This document shows, one piece after another, positions 34,542 to 42,700 of a stretch of DNA of 64,000 bases (positions are counted from its first letter, which is position 1; each line of letters starts with the position of its first letter). A model generated the notes under the pieces. The model was given only the letters and a program-made list of their open reading frames with translations. It searched no databases and was not told the DNA's origin. Location: the sequence record PQ356295.1. The stretch is one strand, 5' to 3'. This DNA comes from Escherichia phage KKE7M. The translations under genes and the position numbers were made by a program.

Positions 34542-34651
34542 CCATTTTTTTAATCTTTTTTCATTTCTTTTTTGCTTGCTATCTATAAAGGAAACGGCTA
34601 TTATCTTTCTACCGCGCCAACCAGGGCGCACATCAAAGAAAGGGCGATACC

Positions 34652-34918
34652 ATGACAAATACTCCTTTACATCTCATGCACTCATTGGGCTGGCAAGGCG
34701 GCACGGTGCACCAGGTAGCAAGCGCAACGGGCTTAAAGGTTGAAACCGTTCTCAACCTGGGCGATCATAAGGTGGAAGAGATAGATCATTTTGATACGTT
34801 CGCAAATGGTTATCTATGGGCTTGCAGTGGCGGCGGGGAAAGCAAGATCCCACCAGGGGCGCGGGGCGACATGTATTTTTGGTTAGGTGTCCTATCCTGG
34901 CAAGAAAACAAAAAATAA
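34652..34918 (+). CDS. hypothetical protein (88 aa), GC-rich codon usage
   Basis: Forward ORF in otherwise gene-free region; weak RBS; composition differs from neighbours. Confidence 0.4.
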   Translation: MTNTPLHLMHSLGWQGGTVHQVASATGLKVETVLNLGDHKVEEIDHFDTFANGYLWACSGGGESKIPPGARGDMYFWLGVLSWQENKK

Positions 34919-34921
34919 TCT

Positions 34922-34950
34922 TGACAAGCCCAGGGATCGGGCTTATACTG
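34922..34950 (+). promoter_or_regulatory. sigma70-like promoter (TTGACA-17-TATACT) driving GC-rich non-coding transcript
   Basis: Consensus -35/-10 with no credible ORF downstream for more than 700 nt. Confidence 0.45.
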
Positions 34951-35180
34951 TTTTACATACAGAAGAGGAAGCGCCACCCCCACGGCGTAAAGGCGGGGCT
35001 AACATACCAGGGGGGCACTGGTTGGAAGGTTGATCGCCGGTAGCTCGTCTAAAATAAATTTGTAAAGAAATGTAAAGATAAAAATAATCGCTTGCTTTTG
35101 TTGTTGGTTATGCTATTCTTATTGTATGGCGAGGGGACACGGGAGCGCGAGACAAACACCACCCCTGCGCGTTATTCTCT

Positions 35181-35292
35181 AAATGAGAAAAATTCTCATT
35201 TGCTAACGATTCTCATTCTCTTACTGAGAATGATTATCACTTACATAATTAAATGATAATGATTCTCATTTACAAATGAGAATGATTATCAT
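35181..35292. promoter_or_regulatory. cluster of Fur-box-like palindromes
   Basis: AAATGAGAAAAATTCTCATTT, GAGAATGATTATCAC and AAATGATAATGATTCTCATTTACAAATGAGAATGATTATCAT. Confidence 0.35.
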
Positions 35293-35313
35293 ACGCACAC
35301 CTATAAAAACACG

Positions 35314-35520
35314 AAATTGAACTTTTCATTTTTGATTTTTCTACGGAAAAAGGCAAAAAAACTTTAAATAAACTGGGGAATTTTTAAAAAATTGAAGTTT
35401 TCATTTTCAAAATCTGGATAGAAATACATACAAAAACTTTAAATAATTTTGACCAAACTTGAACTTTTCATTTTCTAAATTTGTACCCAAAAATCTGTAA
35501 AAACTTTAAATAATTTTGTA
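35314..35520. repeat. three tandem direct repeats of about 67 bp
   Basis: Units start at about 35314, 35387 and 35455; each is AAAtTGAAcTTTTCATTTT ... AAAAACTTTAAATAA. Confidence 0.6.
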
Positions 35521-35732
35521 CTTTTTATAAAAATGATTTTACTGTTCTGTTATAAGTAGTAGTTAAGAGATAGTATGTCTTTTAAAGATCAGATACCATA
35601 GTCCAACAAACAAATTAAATACTTTATTAACAGGGTATAGAATACTACTTACTCTGGATATATTATTCAGAGGGTGAATTTCCGTACATGAAACCCACAC
35701 CCCTTTTTATAAAAATAAAAATTTTCAAAATA

Positions 35733-36284
35733 TCAGGAAATATCAGATTGTGCTTTTAGATAAACAGCAAGGTCTGTATGCCATTTTCCTAAAAGATTTT
35801 GTCCTTTCCAACAATCCTTATTTTCCACGTCACGATCCCACATCCCCATTTTGATACCATAAATAGAATCATAAGGGCTTGCCTCTACGAACTCCTTATC
35901 TGCGTAAGCGATAAGTTTATTTTTGAGATCTTCATTTTGTGTGTATTTAAGATACAAACCACGCTTGACAATCTTCTCCCGTAAAGAAGCCCAAGTATCT
36001 TCATCGTAATCTTTAACTAATCTACCTAGTCGCTTATAATATGCCTGTTCTTTTTCTCCTGTATATCTTAGATCTCCGGTTAAAATAGAAGATGCAATGT
36101 TGTAATCATAAAACAAACATGCTTTTCTCCACATCATATATTGTTCCACACAAGTAAATTCAACAGAACTTGTAATAGAATTATTATACTTGGGTGCTAA
36201 AGGTTCAATAAAAGATGATAGATACCAGTTGCTAAATTCATCTTTTGCTGAAAAGAAGAACACATACTTATCAGTAATCCGCAT
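35733..36284 (-). CDS. NADAR (YbiA-like, DUF1768) domain protein
   Basis: FFF...FSNWY.S.F ... EQYMMWRKA.LFYD pattern of the NADAR family; AAGGAG RBS. Confidence 0.7.
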   Translation of the reverse strand: MRITDKYVFFFSAKDEFSNWYLSSFIEPLAPKYNNSITSSVEFTCVEQYMMWRKACLFYDYNIASSILTGDLRYTGEKEQAYYKRLGRLVKDYDEDTWASLREKIVKRGLYLKYTQNEDLKNKLIAYADKEFVEASPYDSIYGIKMGMWDRDVENKDCWKGQNLLGKWHTDLAVYLKAQSDIS

Positions 36285-37274
36285 TTACATCTCCTTACTG
36301 TATACTAATTTGCCACCATATTGTGTAATAATTTTTTGAAGATTTTCCAAATCAGAAACACTTACTGTTTCTGTATAACCGTCTTTCAACTCTCTTTCCG
36401 TTAAAATACCAGTTTTTAATTTTTTCTTTATAGCTCTTTCAGCAGCCTTACATTGTTTTACTGTGCTAAAATCATATAAACAAATACGCTCCATAGGAAA
36501 CATATTACGGCTATTTTGAATTTTTAATCGTCTATCACTATCTTTAGCTATACCAAACTTAAGAGCAACTATAATATTATCATCCTTAACAATATTAATA
36601 TATAACTGCTGCTGACTATGACCAGCACACATAGGACAACCTCGACCGAGGCTTAATAAATTATGAGCACTCCCTATCTGCTCACCATGCACAAGACAAA
36701 AATATTTAAACTTACCTATAGAAGAGGGTTTGGTAATCCAATCTACCCAGACATACCCTTTCCCTTCTACTTCCTTTTTTACCCTATAGGTGATCTGGTC
36801 TTCTGTATACCGATAGTTCCCACAACGACACGGAATATACCCTCGTTTAAGGTTATCTCCTTCAGAGTAAAATTTACCATCACAAACACCTGCTTGAACA
36901 TATTCATCATGAGAGCAAACAGGACATTCAACCATCCAGATAATATTCCTACATCCTTTACCCCGTGTTCCTGTGTTAGTGAAGATAGTGCCTTCCTTAA
37001 ATTCCCCTGTAGAAAAGAAATCTGCAATATGTTGATCGTCGGACATTGTTTGTGACTTCCTTATATTCTTCCTCCTACATTGTGGACAACCGCTACCACA
37101 TTTAAAACTGTTAATACTTGTAGTATCCCATTTATAACCACAATGGCACAACAAATCAAGTTTTGTGTGGACCCCTTTCCATTGTCCCGTCCATCCTAAG
37201 ATTTGGATTTGCTTACTCTCTGCTATTGGTATACACTCTTCTTTATATTGTTCCCATGATTTTGGTGCTGCCAT
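36285..37274 (-). CDS. Cys-rich zinc-ribbon repeat protein with C-terminal T5orf172/GIY-YIG-like domain
   Basis: Four or more CxxC pairs (GSGCPQC, ECPVCSHDEY, IPCRCGNY, GRGCPMCAG) then KFGIAKDSDRRLKIQNS ... AERAIKKKL ... DGYTETV; AAGAGGAG RBS. Confidence 0.55.
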   Translation of the reverse strand: MAAPKSWEQYKEECIPIAESKQIQILGWTGQWKGVHTKLDLLCHCGYKWDTTSINSFKCGSGCPQCRRKNIRKSQTMSDDQHIADFFSTGEFKEGTIFTNTGTRGKGCRNIIWMVECPVCSHDEYVQAGVCDGKFYSEGDNLKRGYIPCRCGNYRYTEDQITYRVKKEVEGKGYVWVDWITKPSSIGKFKYFCLVHGEQIGSAHNLLSLGRGCPMCAGHSQQQLYINIVKDDNIIVALKFGIAKDSDRRLKIQNSRNMFPMERICLYDFSTVKQCKAAERAIKKKLKTGILTERELKDGYTETVSVSDLENLQKIITQYGGKLVYSKEM

Positions 37275-37313
37275 CTACTACTCCTCTTATTAAATCTGGC
37301 ATTAATGCAAGAA

Positions 37314-37337
37314 AACCCGCCGAAGCGGGTTTTTATT
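37314..37337 (-). terminator. rho-independent terminator (bidirectional-capable)
   Basis: ACCCGC-CGAA-GCGGGT hairpin with flanking T/A runs after AAA ATPase gene. Confidence 0.65.
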
Positions 37338-37348
37338 TGCTGGCTTAC

Positions 37349-38476
37349 TTAAAACACACTTGCCAAAGTTGCACCATTGGTGATAGTTGGTTCCAGAACA
37401 ATACGGAAAGAATCTTCTGGATCATCACTAAACACAACGATTTTACCGCCTGTGATAAGATCTGCTTTCATTTTTGTCGCATTCAATGGAATTCGAGCAT
37501 CGCCTTCATCATCAAAAACCACGTAAGAGCTATTAGCAAGGGCTTCTTTAGAGTCTGCATCACTTGGAGATGACAAGTACACGTCTAGTGTGCACGAACC
37601 ACCTAAAAAGATTGCAGGTGTAAAGTTATGCCAACTAGATACCCAGCTAACTTTCTGAAGTTTTCCATTAATAACAACGCTGCTGATATCCCATTTATTA
37701 CCACCACCTAAAGAAACGCCCATCATAGAGATGCATTCTTTAAAGGATAAATCAGGGTAGAAATTAAGTTCTTCTACTATACCTTGGATCACATCAAAGG
37801 ACAACTCTAAACTTACATCCCAAAGTCTTTGGAAATTATCAAAGTGTGCTTTGTTATCCAGGTTTTTATCTAAATAGTCAATCATAGTTTCTAGTGAGAT
37901 TTTATCATAATTAAAATTATAAAACACACGACTAGGACGATTTAAAAAGAATTCAGAGATAAAACCACTGTTTTTAGTCAGAATAAACAGTTTATTACCA
38001 CTGCCAGTACCATCTAACAAAGTGAGAAGTGCTTCTTGATCTTGTTTCTTCTCATATACTTTATCAAACTCGTCAAAAATAATCACTGCTTTGTCGGTGA
38101 TCTTGCTAATAAGTTCAATGAAATTAGCATCACTGTAGGCTTGAGTAACCATAATAGTTGGAATACCTTCTTCTACAAGATCACGACTAATGAGTTTGGC
38201 TAACATAGTTTTACCACTACCCTTAGTTCCTGTCAGAAGCAAGCCTGTATTTTTACCTTGTGCACTCCGGCGATGGAATGTACGGATAACGTGATTTGCT
38301 CGTTTTTCTGTTTCACCATACAGAACATCCGGTACACCTGTTAGATTACCACGGCTTAAAAAATAATTGCCAAGGGGATCACGACTAACAGTATAGAATC
38401 CAGGTGGAAGATAGTTAGATTCCACGCCCATATCTTTATTTACACTTACAATATCACCATAAATCGTGTATTTCAT
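37349..38476 (-). CDS. AAA-family ATPase (paralog 1)
   Basis: Walker A GTKGSGKT, Walker B IIFDEFDK, downstream LLTLLDG ... LFILTKN; about 45 percent identical to 52455..53615. Confidence 0.8.
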   Translation of the reverse strand: MKYTIYGDIVSVNKDMGVESNYLPPGFYTVSRDPLGNYFLSRGNLTGVPDVLYGETEKRANHVIRTFHRRSAQGKNTGLLLTGTKGSGKTMLAKLISRDLVEEGIPTIMVTQAYSDANFIELISKITDKAVIIFDEFDKVYEKKQDQEALLTLLDGTGSGNKLFILTKNSGFISEFFLNRPSRVFYNFNYDKISLETMIDYLDKNLDNKAHFDNFQRLWDVSLELSFDVIQGIVEELNFYPDLSFKECISMMGVSLGGGNKWDISSVVINGKLQKVSWVSSWHNFTPAIFLGGSCTLDVYLSSPSDADSKEALANSSYVVFDDEGDARIPLNATKMKADLITGGKIVVFSDDPEDSFRIVLEPTITNGATLASVF

Positions 38477-38487
38477 TTTAACCCCTT

Positions 38488-38925
38488 TTATTTTTGTTGA
38501 GATGAACGAATTAAATCAGCAGCAAATTCAATCAGATACACTTTTGGTGCAATAATGATTTTTAGCCAATCAAAATTCGAAAAGAAAATAACAAATCCTA
38601 AAAAGAAAAAGAAAGCACAGACAACAAGACCAACAATAGGTAAAGCAGATACTTCACCATAACGATCTCGTGACCACAGGCATTCTTTATCTTTAATTGC
38701 TTTTACGATGTTCCGCACAGCAATAAAAGTAATAAACATAAAGCAAATACTAAAAAGTTGCCATAAACCTGCGGATACTGCTTTCCACACTAATAATTGA
38801 TGGATTACTTCTGGAATTTGTTGTTTTCCAAACTCTACAACATCACTCATTGTTTGAATAGTGACGTTAACCATGTTCAGAAGTACATCCGTTGCTTTAT
38901 CTGCGATTACGTTTGTTTTACTCAT
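38488..38925 (-). CDS. membrane protein (145 aa)
   Basis: GAGGAATAAAGA RBS; several hydrophobic helices. Confidence 0.6.
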   Translation of the reverse strand: MSKTNVIADKATDVLLNMVNVTIQTMSDVVEFGKQQIPEVIHQLLVWKAVSAGLWQLFSICFMFITFIAVRNIVKAIKDKECLWSRDRYGEVSALPIVGLVVCAFFFFLGFVIFFSNFDWLKIIIAPKVYLIEFAADLIRSSQQK

Positions 38926-38940
38926 TCTTTATTCCTCACT

Positions 38941-39113
38941 TACCTTTTAAGGAAACCAATCATAATGAAGAACCACATCCAGGCAGGAGAGATAATAAAG
39001 CCAAAGAAACCGCAAATAACCGCTTTCTTAATCTCTTCCAGACAACCCACTAGGAAAAGAACGAGTGAGACTACAATCCAAATAGCCATAAATACTGTAA
39101 CAAAGAAACTCAT
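38941..39113 (-). CDS. small membrane protein, about 57 aa
   Basis: ACGGGAGAAAGGT RBS; hydrophobic; not in ORF track; coordinates approximate. Confidence 0.35.
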
Positions 39114-39133
39114 ACCTTTCTCCCGTCTGTATT

Positions 39134-39385
39134 TTAAAATTCAACCACCACTTTATCGAGGTGCTCTGCTTCAACTTGATCTAATGTTAACACCTCAACT
39201 AAACCCTTGTCAATACCTAATTTAATAACATCAACATATTGTCCAAACAGATCCTGGATAGATATCTTGTGTTCGACAACAACAACCACTTCATTCCCTT
39301 TTGTGAATTCTCTCCATACACGTCCACATTTGAAAATAAAGTCTGCTTCATCTGCTGTTATCATTTTAGGTTTGATACTTAACAT
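39134..39385 (-). CDS. hypothetical protein (83 aa)
   Basis: ATGA overlap with upstream gene. Confidence 0.55.
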   Translation of the reverse strand: MLSIKPKMITADEADFIFKCGRVWREFTKGNEVVVVVEHKISIQDLFGQYVDVIKLGIDKGLVEVLTLDQVEAEHLDKVVVEF

Positions 39386-39936
39386 TATAAAACTCCGTAT
39401 TCCGGCTCAAAATCATATTTTTCACAAATCATGTCCCAGCGTTCGTTACCGAAGCTGCGACCACAAATTGCATCGTAAGCATAATGCTCTGCTAACCATT
39501 TTACAACAGTGTCTACATCATTATCAAGTGGTAATCTGAATTCTTTGCCATAGCGCATACGAAGAACAAATTCACCCCCTTCTTCAAACAAGTGCATATG
39601 GCTTTTTGCATAAGAAGCCAGGTTGAAAAAAGATACCTCTTCCCAGCATTCTTTTTCCACTGCAATCCCGTGATCAACAACTAAAGCACCGATGACGCGA
39701 TACATAATAGGGCTAAACAGTGCGCTTGAGTTAGGCTGATCTTCAACTATAGACCAACCTGTTCCCTGCCAAATTTCATTTTTGAACCATTGTTCCATGT
39801 TATTTCCTTTTTCGTCTACAAGGGATTGGTTACGCATTTCAAACCATTCCCCTTCGCAAAAGTATGTATGTTTAACACGTTTGCCTTTTAACATTGCTTC
39901 TTTGGCTTCTACCCAAGTCAGATCGGTGTTTTGCAT
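39385..39936 (-). CDS. hypothetical protein (about 183 aa)
   Basis: Start trimmed to ATG with GAGGAGATAAACGA RBS downstream of promoter. Confidence 0.6.
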   Translation of the reverse strand: MQNTDLTWVEAKEAMLKGKRVKHTYFCEGEWFEMRNQSLVDEKGNNMEQWFKNEIWQGTGWSIVEDQPNSSALFSPIMYRVIGALVVDHGIAVEKECWEEVSFFNLASYAKSHMHLFEEGGEFVLRMRYGKEFRLPLDNDVDTVVKWLAEHYAYDAICGRSFGNERWDMICEKYDFEPEYGVL

Positions 39937-39968
39937 TCGTTTATCTCCTCTCATTTGTGTATGCATTA

Positions 39969-39996
39969 AGATTAGCACAATAAAACAGTATGTCAA
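39969..39996 (-). promoter_or_regulatory. sigma70-like promoter (TTGACA-16-TAATCT) at divergent junction
   Basis: -35/-10 pair about 30 nt upstream of first gene of reverse operon. Confidence 0.45.
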
Positions 39997-40052
39997 TACT
40001 TGATCTGAAATTAGTTTCTGGTACTCTGTGTGTATCGTAACAAAAGAGGTAG

Positions 40053-40346
40053 ATGATGAACATTACTTTAGCAACTAAGAATATTTCTGAAACAATTAAC
40101 GGTTTTGGTGTGATTGTAGCCTTGCACGGTAACAATGAGAAATGGTTGGCTTCTTTTGAAGAGGATCGTCAGCACAACATCATTTTAGATGCTCCTATAA
40201 AAGTTATGCATATTGTTGGTGAAAGCAAAGTGCTCACTTCCTCCCGTTCAAGGGAACAAATTACAAATGAATTAGTAAAACTGCTTGACAATGTTCTTAA
40301 CATGTTTGATGATGCTCCCATCAACACAAAACGTGTCTTAATGTGA
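40053..40346 (+). CDS. hypothetical protein (97 aa)
   Basis: AAAGAGGTAGATG RBS; first gene of forward block. Confidence 0.6.
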   Translation: MMNITLATKNISETINGFGVIVALHGNNEKWLASFEEDRQHNIILDAPIKVMHIVGESKVLTSSRSREQITNELVKLLDNVLNMFDDAPINTKRVLM

Positions 40347-40358
40347 GAGGAGAACCAA

Positions 40359-40646
40359 ATGTATTATTCACAAGACGAAGTAGCAAACATTAAACTGGCA
40401 GTGGGCGATCTTATTGTGTCACCTAACTACTATTGGGATAACACAGACTTGGTTGAAGTAGTAACCTATGTTGGAGTTGAAGGTATTGTGCTCTACACAC
40501 TAGGTGGAGGTGTTGTTGGGGAAATGGAACGTTATACGACAACGAAGAAACTGGTAAGCTCTTATCACATGTTTTTACACCAAGGTTCGGAAGAGTATAC
40601 AGATTTCTTGTTGAAATTAGATGCAGATCGGGAGAAGGCACGATGA
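40359..40646 (+). CDS. hypothetical protein (95 aa)
   Basis: GAGAGGAGAACC RBS. Confidence 0.6.
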   Translation: MYYSQDEVANIKLAVGDLIVSPNYYWDNTDLVEVVTYVGVEGIVLYTLGGGVVGEMERYTTTKKLVSSYHMFLHQGSEEYTDFLLKLDADREKAR

Positions 40647-40996
40647 AAATTGTACACGATGAAATTCAATTTGAAGAGAGTGATCTTCTTGATCTGGATG
40701 TGACACTAAGTAAACTGATCTACAATGCACTTTCTGCGTATCGTGCAAAAGTGATAGCCACAAACAATGTTAAAATTCCTAGTGGGTTACTTCGTCGGAT
40801 GTACCCACACGCTAAAGGTGACTATCTACCTTATATGGAAGAACGAGCAGCAGAACACTGGTTAGAAATTCTTGAAAAAATGGAGTCTTCTTTTAAGGAC
40901 TCAACTCCACCAGAAGAAGTTAATGAAAAACAACGGCAAGATCGTTTAGAAGGTCGTATTTTGTTTGCTAAGTATTTTCATAACCTGTGGATGTAA
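40643..40996 (+). CDS. hypothetical protein (117 aa)
   Basis: ATGA overlap; GGAGAAGG upstream. Confidence 0.6.
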   Translation: MKIVHDEIQFEESDLLDLDVTLSKLIYNALSAYRAKVIATNNVKIPSGLLRRMYPHAKGDYLPYMEERAAEHWLEILEKMESSFKDSTPPEEVNEKQRQDRLEGRILFAKYFHNLWM

Positions 40997-41008
40997 CAAG
41001 GAGTAAAG

Positions 41009-41164
41009 ATGGTTATCTACAAAAATAAGTTCACTGGCTGTCTGCGTAAATTTATTGACAAAAAAGGGTATGTTTCTGTTGACAATGGTGTTACGTGGGT
41101 GCAAAATGGCACTTCAGAACAACTGATCAGGGCTTTACCTTACTACGAGGAGTCTACAAAATGA
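41009..41164 (+). CDS. small protein, 51 aa
   Basis: ACAAGGAGTAAAG RBS; stop overlaps next ATG; not in ORF track. Confidence 0.5.
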   Translation: MVIYKNKFTGCLRKFIDKKGYVSVDNGVTWVQNGTSEQLIRALPYYEESTK

Positions 41165-41361
41165 CAGAATGGGTAAAAGTAGAAGATCCATACGATATCC
41201 CACTAGGTGAGTATGTGGTGGTAATGGAAGATGGTGGAAAAGGGTATTGTGAAGTGCATAAAAGTATGTCTGGTAAGATTATTGTGGTGAACCATCATTT
41301 TCACTTTGATTACCCTCCCATTGTGGCATATATGCCTTTACCTAAATATGAAGGGGATTAA
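41161..41361 (+). CDS. hypothetical protein (66 aa)
   Basis: CGAGGAG RBS before internal ATG of listed ORF. Confidence 0.55.
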   Translation: MTEWVKVEDPYDIPLGEYVVVMEDGGKGYCEVHKSMSGKIIVVNHHFHFDYPPIVAYMPLPKYEGD

Positions 41362-41508
41362 ATGTTATTCTTTAGACTTAATATTGCTTTTTGTTTGTTT
41401 GCAAATATTGCATTCTGGGTATTGGGTAGTGTAAAATTAGGCTACTTCTTTATTGTACTACAAGCTATTTGTTTAGCTGGTCAAATAATCACTAAGGGGC
41501 GAGTATGA
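41362..41508 (+). CDS. small membrane peptide, 48 aa
   Basis: AAGGGGATTAA then ATG; hydrophobic; stop overlaps next start; not in ORF track. Confidence 0.4.
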   Translation: MLFFRLNIAFCLFANIAFWVLGSVKLGYFFIVLQAICLAGQIITKGRV

Positions 41509-41933
41509 CACAACAAATCCAAGACAAGTTTAATGAACTCTATCCAGCAAGCGAAAGCGGCACTCATAACGTGCGTAAATCGCTCTATAACGTCTTTAAA
41601 GCAGGATGGGAGGCTTGCCTTCAGGCTCAAGAGGAACCAGCGTCAGGGACGCGTAACGGCTTTTATATCCCGATTGTTGAAAGTGAGGAAGGATGGGGTA
41701 GCAAACATGATGGTTATATGGTAGGATTCACCATAGAAGATCTTGAAGAACGCCGTAAAGTCTTTGAGGCAGCTAATACAGAAAAGTATGGCTACTATTA
41801 TGAACGACCTGTTCGTTACATTCCTGTTGTGCTTAGTCCTAAAGCTGTTGAAACAATGTCTGCAACAGAAAAAGAAAGGACTCGCCATTGTGTATGGTTT
41901 GATGATATTGACGATTTTCGATTTGGAGAATAA
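41505..41933 (+). CDS. hypothetical protein (142 aa)
   Basis: AAGGGGCGAGT RBS. Confidence 0.6.
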   Translation: MTQQIQDKFNELYPASESGTHNVRKSLYNVFKAGWEACLQAQEEPASGTRNGFYIPIVESEEGWGSKHDGYMVGFTIEDLEERRKVFEAANTEKYGYYYERPVRYIPVVLSPKAVETMSATEKERTRHCVWFDDIDDFRFGE

Positions 41934-41936
41934 ATT

Positions 41937-42209
41937 ATGAAAAATAAACACCCTTACTATAAATTATTGCATGTACTGCGCCGATTGCGCAATAAACAGA
42001 TTGAAGATTTCCGTCACTTCAAGCGTGATCGTGTGAATCGTCAATGGATGGATCATCGTTTCTTCTCTCTAACTATACGTAAGTTCCGTGAAGAGATTAA
42101 GAAGACAGACCAGGTAATTGCAGGTGCTAAACGTGCAATCTCTATGTCAAAGATCACAGGTGTAAATCATATGTACGACTTCAAAACAGACTCTGTTGTA
42201 CCTATGTAA
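41937..42209 (+). CDS. hypothetical basic protein (90 aa)
   Basis: GGAGAATAAATT upstream. Confidence 0.55.
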   Translation: MKNKHPYYKLLHVLRRLRNKQIEDFRHFKRDRVNRQWMDHRFFSLTIRKFREEIKKTDQVIAGAKRAISMSKITGVNHMYDFKTDSVVPM

Positions 42210-42237
42210 AAGTATTTTGTAAAGTTTTGTGGAGAGT

Positions 42238-42306
42238 ATTGACTTTTTCAGAAAAACATGCTACCCTAAACCTGAAAGGTGACGAGCGAAGCGAGTTAGT
42301 ATTCTC
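42238..42306 (+). repeat. copy B of the ~65-bp element (TTGACTTTTTCAGAAAAACATGCTACCCTAA ... GAGCGAAGCGAGTTAG)
   Basis: Matches copy A at 14411..14478; here begins with TTGACT and precedes a forward gene. Confidence 0.4.
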
Positions 42307-42373
42307 TATAGATATTGTTCCTGTCACTCATGGAGGGGCAGGAACAGAGTATATTACTGTATAGGAGAATACT

Positions 42374-42640
42374 ATGGATGTTACTACACTAAGGTTTATA
42401 CTTCTCTTCTTACTTATAGTTATAGGATTAATTGTTATACCCTATCTATATGTCTACATGTTATCTTGTAAGTATGGTTATGATCGTATACCATTTTACT
42501 ATTTAATACCTGTCTTAATTATCTATCTATTTCTCTTTTGTAGATATTGCCCTGAATTAGTCCCTGAACACTGGAAGTTAGAACCTGTTGAAGTTTACTA
42601 TTGTGAATGGAAGACAGAATACAGATCTAACAGTAATTAG
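42374..42640 (+). CDS. membrane protein (88 aa)
   Basis: ATAGGAGAATACT RBS; two hydrophobic helices. Confidence 0.55.
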   Translation: MDVTTLRFILLFLLIVIGLIVIPYLYVYMLSCKYGYDRIPFYYLIPVLIIYLFLFCRYCPELVPEHWKLEPVEVYYCEWKTEYRSNSN

Positions 42641-42700
42641 TTATTGACTCTATCTACTAAATAATCTAGACTCTATGTAAAATTTACTAAGGAGACTACT

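Noticed and set aside
34816-35043. Listed 75-aa plus-strand ORF downstream of the promoter at 34922
   Set aside because: Starts upstream of the promoter, lacks a ribosome site, and its translation is Arg/Gly-rich low complexity typical of GC-rich non-coding sequence.
36663-37055. Antisense ORFs overlapping well-supported genes (for example 36663..37055+, 46356..46706-, 32494..32910+, 62644..63390-)
   Set aside because: They are shadow frames of strongly supported genes on the opposite strand with recognisable domains or ribosome sites; no independent translation signals.
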